A stretch of 54,329 bases of DNA from an uncultured Spirochaetales bacterium (lineage in GTDB: Bacteria; Myxococcota_A; UBA9160; SMWR01). The notes under the pieces were generated by a model. It was not told the origin of the DNA, did no database searches, and saw nothing but the letters and a program-made list of their open reading frames with translations. The DNA is taken from the NCBI GenBank assembly GCA_964413375.1, contig CAYPSI010000075.1, positions 1-54,329 on the forward strand, written 5' to 3'. This document shows positions 36,021 to 45,930 of the stretch, in pieces (positions within the stretch are counted from its first letter, which is position 1; every line of letters starts with the position of its first letter). A program made the translations under genes and the position numbers.

Positions 36021-37015
36021 AACGCATCCTGCTCGCAGGTCTCGCGATCGCGCTCGCAGCAGGCGGCGCGGCACTCGGCGTCGTTCGCTGGGCACTCGCG
36101 CCGCGAGATCCGTCCGGAGCAGAGCAGGTCTTCGAGGTCTCTCCCGGAGAGACCCTCCCCGCGATCACCCGCCGGCTCGAAGAGGCGGAGCTCGTGCGGC
36201 ACCGCTGGGGCGTCGAGCTGCTCGCCCGTCAGCGCGAGCTCGCCGCGCGGCTGCAGCGCGGCGAGTACGCACTCTCGCCCGCGCAGACCCCCGGCGAGAT
36301 CCTCGAGCAGCTCGCGAGCGGCCGCGTGATCAGCTACGCGGTGGCGTTTCCCGAGGGCTTCACGGCCGCGCAGTTCGCGGAGCGGCTCGCCAGCGCCGGG
36401 CTCGCCGACCGCGACGCCTTCCTCGCCGCCGTGCGCGACCCGCTGCTGCCCGCACAGCTCGGCGTCGAAGGCGACTCCCTCGAGGGCTACCTGTTCCCGG
36501 AGACCTACCGCTTTCCGCATGGCATGCCGGCCGCCGACCTCGCGCGCGCGATGGTCGGGCAGTTCCGCCGCGTCTGGGACGAGCTCGCCCCGCTGGCCCG
36601 CGAGCGAGGCCTCCCGATGCGAGAGGTCGTGATCCTGGCCTCGCTGATCGAGAAGGAGACCGGCGCGCCGAACGAACGACCGCTGATCGCCTCGGTCTTC
36701 CTGAACCGCCTCCGGATCGGCATGCGCCTCGAGACCGACCCGAGCGTGATCTACGGCATCCCGGACTTCGACGGGAACCTGCGCCGTCGCGACCTCGAGA
36801 ACGCCGAGAATCCGTACAACACCTACCGGATCTCGGGACTTCCGCCCGGTCCGATCGCAAATCCCGGGGCCGCGTCGCTGCGCGCGGTGGTGGACCCGGC
36901 CCGGACGGAGTACCTGTACTTCGTCTCCCGCAACGACGGGAGCCATACCTTCTCGAAGACCTACGCGGAGCACCTCGCGGCCGTGAACCGCTTCCAGCGC
37001 GCCGGAGGCTCCTGA
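36017..37015 (+). CDS. mltG: Endolytic transglycosylase MltG (YceG)
   Basis: LEGYLFPETY, LASLIEKET, VFLNRLRIGMRLETDPSVIY, NPYNTY...GLPPGPIANPG, YLYFVS. Confidence 0.96.
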   Translation: MKRILLAGLAIALAAGGAALGVVRWALAPRDPSGAEQVFEVSPGETLPAITRRLEEAELVRHRWGVELLARQRELAARLQRGEYALSPAQTPGEILEQLASGRVISYAVAFPEGFTAAQFAERLASAGLADRDAFLAAVRDPLLPAQLGVEGDSLEGYLFPETYRFPHGMPAADLARAMVGQFRRVWDELAPLARERGLPMREVVILASLIEKETGAPNERPLIASVFLNRLRIGMRLETDPSVIYGIPDFDGNLRRRDLENAENPYNTYRISGLPPGPIANPGAASLRAVVDPARTEYLYFVSRNDGSHTFSKTYAEHLAAVNRFQRAGGS

Positions 37016-37036
37016 CGCATCCATCGGAGGCCCCCG

Positions 37037-38467
37037 ATGTCCTCGCTCTCCGCCGCCGAGATCCGCGCCCGGCTCCCGCATCCGGTGATCGACAGCGACG
37101 GTCACGTGCTCGAGTTCATCCCCGCGGTGCGCGACGAGATCGAGTCTCTCGCCGGGCGCGAGGTGGCTGCGGCCTGGGACGGCGTGCTCGGGGTCTGGAA
37201 GCGCGCGCGCGCGATGAGCGCCGCGGAGAAGCGCGCCCAGGGGCTCTTCCGGATGACCTGGTGGGGCTTCCCGGCCCGCAACACCGACGACCGCGCGATG
37301 GCCATCCTCCCGGAGCTCCTGCACGCGCGGCTGCCGGAGCTCGGCATCGACTACGCCGTCCTGTATCCGACCTACGGTCTCGGCACGCTGAACATCGATG
37401 CCGACGAGCTGCGCCGCGCGTCGGTGCGTGCGTTCAATCGCCATGCGGCCTCGACGACCGACGGGCTACGCGACCGCCTTTGCCCGGTGGCGATGATCCC
37501 GATGCACACGCCCGAGGAAGCCGTCGCGGAGCTGGAGCACTGCGTCCATGAGCTCGGCTTCCGGGCCGTGCTGCTGGCGGGTCACGTAGCGCGCCCGGCG
37601 CCGATCCCGAACCCACCGCGCACGGCGCGCTGGATCGACACGCTCGGACTCGACAGCCTCTACGACTACGATCCGGTCTGGGCGAAATGCGAGGAGCTCG
37701 GCGTCTCGCCGACCTTCCACTCGAGCGCGATGGGCTGGAACGGCCGCGCTTCGCCCTCGAGCTACGTGCTGAACCACCTCGGAAACTTCGCGGCCGCCGG
37801 CGAGGCGACCTGCCGCTCGCTCTTCCTGAACGGCGTGACCCGCCGCTTCCCGCGCCTGCGCATGGCCTTCCTCGAGGGCGGCGTCGCCTGGGCCTGCCAG
37901 CTCTACTCGGATCTCATCGGCCATTTCGAGAAGCGCGGCGGCGGGCGCGTGCAGGCCTACGACCCCCGCGAGATCGATCGCGTGCGGATGCGGGAGCTCT
38001 TCGACCGCCACGCCCCCGCGAGCTTCCGTCGCCACGCAGCCGAACTCGACGCCGTGCTCCACCTGCTCGCCGAGCCGGACGAGGACCCCGCGGGCCTCGA
38101 CGAGTTCGCGCGCTGCGGGATCGACCGCCCCGAGCAGATCCGCGAGCTCTTCGCGGAGCCCTTCCTGTTCGGTTGCGAGGCGGACGATCCGATGAATTCG
38201 CTGGCCTTCGATCGGGCCCGCAATCCCTTCGGCGCGACGCTCAAGGCGGTCTGGGGCTCGGACATGGGCCACTGGGACGTGCCGGACTGCACACGGGTCC
38301 TGCACGAGACCGTCGAGCAGGTCGAGCGGGGACTCCTCAGCGAAGCGCAGCTCCGCGACTTCTTGTTCGCGAACCCGATCGACCTGTGGACCGCAGGAAA
38401 CCGGGACTTCTTCCGCGGGACGTCCGTCGAGGATGCGGTCGCGAAGGAGATCGCCTCGCGGCCCTGA
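37037..38467 (+). CDS. Amidohydrolase-2 family metallo-dependent hydrolase
   Basis: VIDSDGH, LYPT, VAELEHC, PTFHS, FPRLRMAFLEGGVAW, FGCEADD, WGSDMGHWD. Confidence 0.88.
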   Translation: MSSLSAAEIRARLPHPVIDSDGHVLEFIPAVRDEIESLAGREVAAAWDGVLGVWKRARAMSAAEKRAQGLFRMTWWGFPARNTDDRAMAILPELLHARLPELGIDYAVLYPTYGLGTLNIDADELRRASVRAFNRHAASTTDGLRDRLCPVAMIPMHTPEEAVAELEHCVHELGFRAVLLAGHVARPAPIPNPPRTARWIDTLGLDSLYDYDPVWAKCEELGVSPTFHSSAMGWNGRASPSSYVLNHLGNFAAAGEATCRSLFLNGVTRRFPRLRMAFLEGGVAWACQLYSDLIGHFEKRGGGRVQAYDPREIDRVRMRELFDRHAPASFRRHAAELDAVLHLLAEPDEDPAGLDEFARCGIDRPEQIRELFAEPFLFGCEADDPMNSLAFDRARNPFGATLKAVWGSDMGHWDVPDCTRVLHETVEQVERGLLSEAQLRDFLFANPIDLWTAGNRDFFRGTSVEDAVAKEIASRP

Positions 38468-38505
38468 GCGCCGACGGATCCACCCGAAGAGCCTCGCGGC
38501 CCGGC

Positions 38506-40458
38506 TCAGCCGCGCGCAGCGGCGTGCCGCTGCACCACGGCGAGCAGTCCCTCGCCATAGCGCGCGATACGCGCGGGCCCCATGCCGTAGAGCGGCTCCA
38601 GGTCTGCCGGCGTGCGGGGCTTCCAGCGGACGATCTCGGCGAGCGTGCGGTCGTGCGCAACCACGTAGGGCGGGACCCCGGCGGCCCGCGCAAGCGCGAG
38701 GCGCTGCGCGCGTAGCGCCTCCCACAGCACGCGGTCGCCCGCGCCAAGATCGCGCGCCTCGACGCCGGGGCGGCGCTCGGAACGCGACGGGGGTGCGCCC
38801 TCCCCCAGCGTCCGCGGCGCGGCGCGATCGGAGCGGCCAGCGCCGGCGCGATCCGGAAGCTCGATGCGCGCCGGCCGATCGGCATGCATCACCGCGCGGC
38901 CGGCCTCCGTGAGTCGAACGACCGGACGGCGATCGCCTTCGAAGTCGACCCAGCCCGCGGTGACGCAGCGTCGCAGCAGGCGTTGCAGCCAGTCGGCGTC
39001 GCGCTCCGCGAGGATCCCGAAGGTCGGCGTCCGGTCGAGTCCACTTCGCGTGAGTCGCTCATCGGCCGAACCGCGCAGCAGCGCGACGGCCGCACCGAGG
39101 CCGAAGCGCCCCTCGACGCGCGCGACCGCAGAGAGCGCCTTGCGCACCAGCAGGGTCGCGTCTTCGGCGTCGACCTCGCTTGCGTCGCCTGTCGCCTGCA
39201 GACGCGTGCAGACGTCGCAGATGCCGCAGCCCGAGAGCGTCTCGGCCTCGTCTCCGAAGTAGCGCAGGATGGCGTCGTGCCGGCAGCTGCCCCCTTCGGC
39301 CCAGCGCACGAGCTCGAGGAAGAGTCCCCACTTGTGCTCCACCACCTCTCGCGCGGGGGCCCCGCCGTCGGCGGCCGTCTCGATCAGGCGCCGCCGCAGC
39401 GGCAGATCGTTCGGCGCCCAGAGCAGCAGCCCGAGCGCGCGCGAGCCGTCGCGGCCGGCGCGCCCGACCTCCTGGTAGTAGGCTTCGAGCGAGCCGGGCG
39501 GCCCGAGGTGCACGACGGCGCGCACGTCGGACCGATCGATTCCCATGCCGAAGGCGTTGGTCGCGACCACGACCTCGAGCGTCCGGGACGTGAAGGCCCG
39601 CTGCACCTCCTCGCGCATCGCCCCGCCCTGGCCCGCGTGGTACGCGCGCGCCCGCCAGCCCTGCCCTGCAAGTCGCAGCGCTTCCTCCTCGGCGCCGCGC
39701 CGGCTCGGCGAGTACACGATCGCGGCGCCGCGCCCCTGCCCCGGCGCGGCGAGCGCCTCGGCGAGGGCCGCGTCGACCAGCGAGCGCCGCTCCCGCGCGC
39801 CCGAGACCTCCCTCGCGCGCAGCGAGAGCTCGGGGCGCGCGAAGCCGTGGACGAGCTGTGGCGTATCCGCGGGCAGGCCGAGCCGGGCCAGGATCTCGTC
39901 GCGGACGACGGGCGTCGCGGTTGCGGTGCACGCGAGCAGGCGCGCCTTCGGGAGCGCAGCCACCACCTCGCCGAGGTTCAGGTACTCCGGGCGGAAGTCG
40001 TGCCCCCACTCGCTGATGCAGTGAGCCTCGTCGACGGCTAGGAGCGGGCATTCGAGATCCATCGCGAGCGAGCGGAAGCCCGGGAGTGCCAGCCTCTCGG
40101 GAGCGACGAAGACGAGCGAATAGTCGCCCCGCGCGATACCCGCGAAACGGCGCCGCGCTTCGCCCGCATCGAGCGTCGAGGCGAGGTAGGTCGCGTCGAT
40201 CCCGACGCGCTGGAGCGCATCCACCTGATCCTGCATCAGCGCAATCAGCGGCGAGACGACGAGGGTCGTTCCCGGAAGGATGCAAGCGGGGAGCTGGTAG
40301 CACAGGCTCTTGCCGCCGCCCGTCGGCGCCACGAGGAGCAGACGGCCGACCGACAGGAGTGCCTCGATCGCCTCCCGCTGACCGGCGCGAAAAGTCGAGT
40401 GCCCGAAGCGAGCGAGTGCCGCGTCGAGAGCCTGGCCTGCGCGAGTGTCTGCGTTCAT
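38506..40458 (-). CDS. recQ: ATP-dependent DNA helicase RecQ
   Basis: PTGGGKSLCYQLP, DEAHCISEWGHDFRP, TATAT, ATNAFGMGIDR, YYQEVGRAGRDG; Zn motif CRH...CGICDVC; RQC and HRDC (VPPYVVAHDRTL). Start MNADT at ATG 40458. Confidence 0.96.
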   Translation of the reverse strand: MNADTRAGQALDAALARFGHSTFRAGQREAIEALLSVGRLLLVAPTGGGKSLCYQLPACILPGTTLVVSPLIALMQDQVDALQRVGIDATYLASTLDAGEARRRFAGIARGDYSLVFVAPERLALPGFRSLAMDLECPLLAVDEAHCISEWGHDFRPEYLNLGEVVAALPKARLLACTATATPVVRDEILARLGLPADTPQLVHGFARPELSLRAREVSGARERRSLVDAALAEALAAPGQGRGAAIVYSPSRRGAEEEALRLAGQGWRARAYHAGQGGAMREEVQRAFTSRTLEVVVATNAFGMGIDRSDVRAVVHLGPPGSLEAYYQEVGRAGRDGSRALGLLLWAPNDLPLRRRLIETAADGGAPAREVVEHKWGLFLELVRWAEGGSCRHDAILRYFGDEAETLSGCGICDVCTRLQATGDASEVDAEDATLLVRKALSAVARVEGRFGLGAAVALLRGSADERLTRSGLDRTPTFGILAERDADWLQRLLRRCVTAGWVDFEGDRRPVVRLTEAGRAVMHADRPARIELPDRAGAGRSDRAAPRTLGEGAPPSRSERRPGVEARDLGAGDRVLWEALRAQRLALARAAGVPPYVVAHDRTLAEIVRWKPRTPADLEPLYGMGPARIARYGEGLLAVVQRHAAARG

Positions 40459-40522
40459 CTCCCTGCGTCGACGGGGCGAAGTGCGCGATGCTAGCGGCGC
40501 TTTCCCGATGTGTCGCTTGGGA

Positions 40523-41503
40523 TCAGCGTGCGGAGGGCGGCTGCTGCTGGCCGAGGATCCAGCCTTCGATCTGCCGGATCTCGGGATCGGCGGGTTCGCC
40601 CGCGGGACGCTGGCCCAGCACGACGTCGAGCATTGCGAGGAGAGCCAGCGTGGCGTCGAAACGGTCTTCCCCGTCGGGTTTCGAGCCGAAGCCGTCGGCG
40701 AAGGCGGCCTGCAGCTCCGGCTCGAGCTCGACGCCGAGCCGAGTTGCGAACTCGAGTACACGCGGAAGCTGCGCGGCTCGCACCGCCTGCACGCGTTTTC
40801 CCCGCGCACCGCCTGCGGAGACCGCGGCTAGATCGAGGCCCAGATGCGCGTAGGCCTCGGCCGGATAAGTCTCCGCGACGACCGTGCGCCCTGGCGCGAG
40901 CAGCTCCGCGAGCGAACCCTCGAAGGGCCAGAGCGCGACGTCGAGGGCGCCGCGCAGCGCCGGGATCAGCGCGTCGCGCCAGCCGGAGATCGCGGCCTTT
41001 CCCACCTGCTGCGCACCGAGCGTCCAGAAGAGCGGGGCCGCTGCGCGGCGCAGCGGCGTCGCCCGTTCGCAGACCCGAAGCAGCTCGTCCATCGAGGCGA
41101 CGCCGAGGCCCGCTACGAGCTGGGCCTGCGAGCTAACACCCGGCCTCGCCGGGTAGAAGGGGCGCAGGATCGAGATCTCCTCGGGTCGTTCCGCCACCTC
41201 GAAGAAGGGGCCGGCGAGGCTCGGCAGCAGCGTGCGGAACGCGCGTACGCGGGCCTGGCGCGCGTAGGCGAGCGGAAGACCGATCGGGAAGTCGAAGCCC
41301 GCGAGGACGACGCCGCGGGGCCCGGCCTCGGCCGCGAGATCGGCCAGCAGCCGATCGGGTGCGGCCACCGGCGAAGGACCCTGCGCCCGCCAGCCGCGAC
41401 CCTGGCGCTTCGCGCGGGCGAGCCAGCGCTTGCCCGGAGTCGCGCCCCAGTCGGCGTGTGCGACGAGTGTCGGAGGCGTGGGGAGGGTGGACGTGGCACT
41501 CAC
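40523..41503 (-). CDS. DUF429-like predicted RNase H-fold nuclease
   Basis: VAHADWG, AGFDFPIGLP, FWTLGAQQVGKAA, VAETYPA, EDRFDA. Start GTG 41503. Confidence 0.7.
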   Translation of the reverse strand: MSATSTLPTPPTLVAHADWGATPGKRWLARAKRQGRGWRAQGPSPVAAPDRLLADLAAEAGPRGVVLAGFDFPIGLPLAYARQARVRAFRTLLPSLAGPFFEVAERPEEISILRPFYPARPGVSSQAQLVAGLGVASMDELLRVCERATPLRRAAAPLFWTLGAQQVGKAAISGWRDALIPALRGALDVALWPFEGSLAELLAPGRTVVAETYPAEAYAHLGLDLAAVSAGGARGKRVQAVRAAQLPRVLEFATRLGVELEPELQAAFADGFGSKPDGEDRFDATLALLAMLDVVLGQRPAGEPADPEIRQIEGWILGQQQPPSAR

Positions 41504-41561
41504 GGCAGCGCTGAGAATGCCACAAGCAGGCCCGCTTGGGCTTCGCCCGGCCGCGCGCCGG

Positions 41562-42599
41562 CTAGAGCAGGGACACCTCGCGCAGCAGCGCCAGGTTGTC
41601 GAGGGCGATGCCCGCGCCATGCACGACGGCGGTGAAGGGGTCCTCGCTGCGCAGGATCGGGAGCTTCGTCTCCTGACGCAGGACCTGGTCGAGCTCGCGC
41701 AGGAGCGAGCCGCCGCCCACCAGCATGATGCCGCGGTCGACGATGTCGGCCGCCAGCTCGGGAGGGGTCTTCTCGAGCGTCAGGTGCACCGTCTCGACGA
41801 TCGCATGGATCGGCTCGACGAGCGCCTCGCGGATCTCGTCGCTCGTGGCGACGACGACCTTCGGAATGCCCGCCACGAGGTCGCGGCCCTTGATCTCCAT
41901 CGTCTCGGTCTTCGCGGTCGGCGAAGCCGTTCCGATCGTCATCTTGATGTGCTCGGCCGTCCGTTCGCCGATCAACATGTTGTACTTGCGCTTGACGTAG
42001 TTGATGATGGCATCGTCCATCTTGTCGCCGCCGCAGCGGATCGACTTCGACGTCACGATACCCGAGAGCGAAATCACCGCGACGTCGGTCGTTCCGCCGC
42101 CGATGTCGACGACCATGTTGCCAGTGGCCGCAGTCACGTCGAGCCCGGCGCCGATCGCGGCGGCCATCGGCTCCTCGATCAGGAACACCTCACGGGCACC
42201 GGCCGACAGGGCCGACTCGCGCACCGCGCGCTTTTCGACGCTGGTGATGCACGGCGGAACGCAGATCACGACGCGGGGTCGCACGAGCTTGCCGCGGTTG
42301 TGCGCCCGCTGGATGAAGTAGCGCAGCATCGCCTCGGTGATCTCGAAGTCTGCGATCACGCCGTCCTTGATCGGACGGATCGCACGGATCCCGCTAGGCG
42401 TGCGCCCGAGCATCTCCTTGGCCTCGTGCCCGACGGCGAGGACCTTCTCGCCCCGCCCGTTCGGGTCCGCGATCACCGCGACCACCGATGGCTCCGAGCA
42501 GATGAGACCCTTGCCGCGCACGTAGACCAGCGTGTTGGCCGTGCCGAGGTCGATGGCCAGATCGTGCGAGAACATTCCTGCAATGGCGTCGAACAGCAT
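41562..42599 (-). CDS. mreB: Rod shape-determining protein MreB
   Basis: DLAIDLGTANT, RPIKDGVIADF, LIEEPMAAAIGAG, VDIGGGTTD, GGGSLL. Confidence 0.97.
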   Translation of the reverse strand: MLFDAIAGMFSHDLAIDLGTANTLVYVRGKGLICSEPSVVAVIADPNGRGEKVLAVGHEAKEMLGRTPSGIRAIRPIKDGVIADFEITEAMLRYFIQRAHNRGKLVRPRVVICVPPCITSVEKRAVRESALSAGAREVFLIEEPMAAAIGAGLDVTAATGNMVVDIGGGTTDVAVISLSGIVTSKSIRCGGDKMDDAIINYVKRKYNMLIGERTAEHIKMTIGTASPTAKTETMEIKGRDLVAGIPKVVVATSDEIREALVEPIHAIVETVHLTLEKTPPELAADIVDRGIMLVGGGSLLRELDQVLRQETKLPILRSEDPFTAVVHGAGIALDNLALLREVSLL

Positions 42600-42743
42600 C
42601 GCCCTTGCGCCCCTCCCACCGCGCGCCGTCGCGGCCTGTGGGCTGCTGTATCGGCGAATGAGCGGCAGGAGTTGAGCGGACGCTGCGTCGCGTGAAGGCT
42701 TCTCGCGGGCCAGAGGGCCGAGGGGCCAATCGGGTCGACCGAC

Positions 42744-42852
42744 GCGCAGCGAAGCGCTGCCGAGCCGAGGTCAGCGACAGGCAAGCGAAGCGCGCAGCGA
42801 GGCGAAGCCGAGCGGAGTGGGCTGCCCTCGACCGGTTCGAGCCCTCGTCCTA
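42744..42852 (-). repeat. Mini-hairpin repeat, full copy plus a degenerate partial copy
   Basis: Reverse complement TAGGACGAGGGCTCGAACCGGTCGAGGGCAGCCCACTCCGCTCGGCTTCGCCTCGCTGCGCGCTTCGCTTGC starts on the pafA TAG; extra GCGCAGCGAAGC at 42744-42755. Confidence 0.88.
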
Positions 42853-44256
42853 AGACTGGATCACGAGCTTCGAGAGGCTCGTCTTGCGCAGGTTGGTCTT
42901 CTGGATCGTCCGCACCAGCTCGGCGACCTTCTCGATGTCCGTCTCGAACGGATTGTTGCAGATCACGCGGACGTTGAGCAGGTTGCCGAGCCGGATGTTC
43001 GACCAGTCGAGGTCGTACTGGATCGAGTTCTGGCGGGCGAGCTTGATGAACTCGCCGCGCATGCGCGCGCGGGTGTCCGGCGGCGGCTCGGTCTTGGCCT
43101 TGATGATCTCTTCATCCTCGAGCACCCGCTCCACGCGGCCGTTCTTCTCGAGCAGGTAGTAGAGGCCCCGGTTCATGCGGATGTCGTGGTACTGGAGGTC
43201 GAGCATGAAGACGCGGGGGTCGTTCCACGTCGTGTTGCGCGAGTCGACATAGGACTGGATCATCCGGCGCTTGATCAACCAGTCGACTTCGCGGTCGAGC
43301 TTGTCGGGATCCGTGTCGAGGCAGTCGAGGACGTGCTGCCACATCGTCACCGCCTGGCGCACCTGGTCCGAGACCGGATACTGCTCGATGTACTTCTGGG
43401 CCATCTCGCAGTACTCGCGCTGGATGTTGATCGGCGAGTACTCGCGCCCGTTGTCGAGCCGGAGCTTGCGCTTGCAGGTGACGTCGTAGGAGATGTCCTT
43501 GATCGCCTTCACCGGGTTGCGCAGCGTGAAGTCCTGGTTGATGTAGTTGTCCTCGATCATCTGGAGGACGACGGCGCAGGTCCCGATCTTCAGGAAGTTC
43601 GTGTAGTCGGACATGTTGGAGTCGCCGACGATCACGTGCAGCCGTCGGTACTTCTCCCGGTCCGCGTGGGGCTCATCGCGCGTGTTGATGATCGACCGGT
43701 CGTTCGTCGTAGTGCCGGAGATCTTCTGGTAGATGTGCTGCGCGCGCTGGCTGATGCAGTAGTGGATCCCATCCTGCGTCTGGAAGACCTTCCCGGCTCC
43801 GGTGTAGATCTGTCGGGTCACGAGGAAGGGGATCAGCTGCTCGGCCAGGTAGTAGAAATCGACGTCGCGGTCCACGAGGTAGTTCTCGTGGCAACCGTAG
43901 GAGTTTCCGACGAAATCGGTGTTGTTCTTGAAGATCGAGAGCTTCCCGGTGATGCGCTCCTCGCGGATCTTCTCCTCCGCATAGAGCTGGAGGTCCTCGA
44001 GGATCCGCTCGCCCGCCCTGTCGTAGAGAACGACCTGGCGGGGCGAGGCGCATTCGGGCGTCGCGTACTCGGGGTGGCAGCCGGTGTCCTGATAGAAGCG
44101 GGCGCCGTTCTCCAGGAAGACGTTCAGGAAGTGCTCGGTGGTGATCAGCTTCTCGAACAAGAAGCGGATCGCCTTCTCGACGGGGAGCGTCTTCCGCCCT
44201 TCGGGCGTGAAGATGATCCCATACTCCGTCTCGATACCGTAGATCCGCTTCTGCAC
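42850..44256 (-). CDS. pafA: Pup--protein ligase PafA
   Basis: RIYGIETEYG, FLENGARFYQDTGCHPEYATPEC, GNSYGCHENY, RSIINTRDEPHAD, RRLHVIVGDSNMS, DLQYHDI, PPPDTRA. Confidence 0.93.
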   Translation of the reverse strand: MQKRIYGIETEYGIIFTPEGRKTLPVEKAIRFLFEKLITTEHFLNVFLENGARFYQDTGCHPEYATPECASPRQVVLYDRAGERILEDLQLYAEEKIREERITGKLSIFKNNTDFVGNSYGCHENYLVDRDVDFYYLAEQLIPFLVTRQIYTGAGKVFQTQDGIHYCISQRAQHIYQKISGTTTNDRSIINTRDEPHADREKYRRLHVIVGDSNMSDYTNFLKIGTCAVVLQMIEDNYINQDFTLRNPVKAIKDISYDVTCKRKLRLDNGREYSPINIQREYCEMAQKYIEQYPVSDQVRQAVTMWQHVLDCLDTDPDKLDREVDWLIKRRMIQSYVDSRNTTWNDPRVFMLDLQYHDIRMNRGLYYLLEKNGRVERVLEDEEIIKAKTEPPPDTRARMRGEFIKLARQNSIQYDLDWSNIRLGNLLNVRVICNNPFETDIEKVAELVRTIQKTNLRKTSLSKLVIQS

Positions 44257-44284
44257 GCTCGCCGCCCGACCGGCTATCTGTCCC

Positions 44285-44983
44285 CTAAGTCCCCAGGTGC
44301 TCCCGAAGTGTATCGGTGTCCAGACGCCGGAACTTTCGCCCCACGCGATGGCGCTCGAGCAGGCAGACCTCGAGGTTGTCGGCCGTCACGTTCGGCTCCC
44401 TGTCCGCGGCCCGCTGCAAGGCCCGGTAGCCGAGGAGCAGGGCCTCCCTGAGGGGAAGGCCGTCCCGGAACTCGGATCGCAACAGACTCCCGAGCTCCTC
44501 CGCGGCACCCCCGATCACGCAGAACCCTTCGTAGTCGCTGATGCTGCCGTCGAACTGCACGCGGTAGATGGCGTTGTTTTCGTGCCCGGCCAGGGTGTCG
44601 TCCCCCACCTCGGCCACGATCACCTCCACCTCGAGCGGCTTGAGCTCCCGGGTAAACACCTCACCCATGGCTTGAGAATAGGCGTTCGCCAGCCCCTTCG
44701 CTCGCACGTCGTCCCGGCTGTAGGCGTAGCCGCGTGTGTCGGCGTAGCGCACGCCGAGCTTCCGCAGCTGATCGAACTCGCTGAACTTGCCGACGCCGGC
44801 GAAGGCGATCCGGTCGTAGATCTCCCCGATCTTGGAGAGCGAGGAGGGATTCTCCGCCATCAGCAGGACACCCTCGTCGTACTGGAGTGTGACGCTGGAC
44901 TTGCCGCGGGCGATGCCCTTGCGGGCAAACTCCGCCTTGTCCTGCATCACCTGTTCGGGGGAGACGTAGAAGGGCATCGTCAT
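44285..44983 (-). CDS. prcA: 20S proteasome alpha subunit (actinobacterial type)
   Basis: MPFYVSPEQVMQDKAEFARKGIARGKS, KIGEIYDRIAFAGVGKFSEF, KPLEVEVIVAEVG, RKFRR; ATGA overlap with prcB. Confidence 0.95.
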   Translation of the reverse strand: MTMPFYVSPEQVMQDKAEFARKGIARGKSSVTLQYDEGVLLMAENPSSLSKIGEIYDRIAFAGVGKFSEFDQLRKLGVRYADTRGYAYSRDDVRAKGLANAYSQAMGEVFTRELKPLEVEVIVAEVGDDTLAGHENNAIYRVQFDGSISDYEGFCVIGGAAEELGSLLRSEFRDGLPLREALLLGYRALQRAADREPNVTADNLEVCLLERHRVGRKFRRLDTDTLREHLGT

Positions 44984-45795
44984 CGGCGTCCTCCCCGCGC
45001 CGGAACCCGGCGGCGCGCTCCGAGGATCTCCCGATAGATCCGGTCCATCTCCTCGTCTCCCGCCCGTTCGATTCCGCCTTCCGAACAGAAGTACACGAGC
45101 GGGTAGATTCCCCGCTCGAGATCGACCCCGCCCGTGGCGCGGTCCTCGTCGGAGGCATCGGCGAGTGCCTGGAGCGCGGCGCGCAGGCCTCCGTCGCGCG
45201 ACGCAGAGGCGTCGTAGGACTTCTTGAGCGACTCCCGGGCATAGAGCCCCCCGGAGCCGGTGGCCTCGTACTCGGTCTCTTCGTAGCGTCCGCCGGTCAC
45301 GTCGAACTTCCACAGGCGTCCCTGTCGCCGGCGAAGGTCGTAGCCGGCGAAGAGCGGCACCACCACGAGGCCCTGCATCGCGGCGGGGAGGTTCGCGCGC
45401 ACCATCTGCGAGAGCCGGTTGGCCTTGCCGTCGAGCTCGAGTCGATCGCCTTCGATCTTTTCGTAGTGCTCGAGCTCGATCCGCATCAACCGCGCCATCT
45501 CGAGCGCCGGCCCGGCCGCGCCGGCAATGGCGATCAGCGAGTAATCGTCCGTGGCGAGCACCTTCTCGAGATCGCGGGACGCGACGCGGTGCCCCTCCGT
45601 CGCGAGGCGGTCACCCGCGACGATGACTCCGTCGGCGTACTTGAACGCCAGCACGGTGGTACCGTGCGGTACCTGCTCGAGGTCGAGCCCCGGCGCGGAG
45701 AGCCGGCTCCAGTCCGGTACGAGCTGTGTGTGATCGACTGCCAGGAGCTCGTTGAAGCTCGAGCCCTGGTACTTGCCGCCGAAGCTGATCGGCAA
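44980..45795 (-). CDS. prcB: 20S proteasome beta subunit with propeptide
   Basis: SSFNELL...PHG/TTVLAFKYADGVIVAGDRLAT, IAGAAG, ELEHYEKIEG, ATGSGG; TTG 45795 with a purine-rich SD. Confidence 0.95.
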   Translation of the reverse strand: MPISFGGKYQGSSFNELLAVDHTQLVPDWSRLSAPGLDLEQVPHGTTVLAFKYADGVIVAGDRLATEGHRVASRDLEKVLATDDYSLIAIAGAAGPALEMARLMRIELEHYEKIEGDRLELDGKANRLSQMVRANLPAAMQGLVVVPLFAGYDLRRRQGRLWKFDVTGGRYEETEYEATGSGGLYARESLKKSYDASASRDGGLRAALQALADASDEDRATGGVDLERGIYPLVYFCSEGGIERAGDEEMDRIYREILGARRRVPARGGRR

Positions 45796-45930
45796 CGCCC
45801 CCCCCTTCTTTCGGGTCTCGGCGGGGGCCCGCACCCTGCCCGGCTTCGCCGCGCTGCTGGGCCGCTGCTCAGCCCTTGCGGTCGGCCCGCCCCCTCCGTC
45901 CGGCCCGACCGTAGCAGCCCTACGCTGTGC

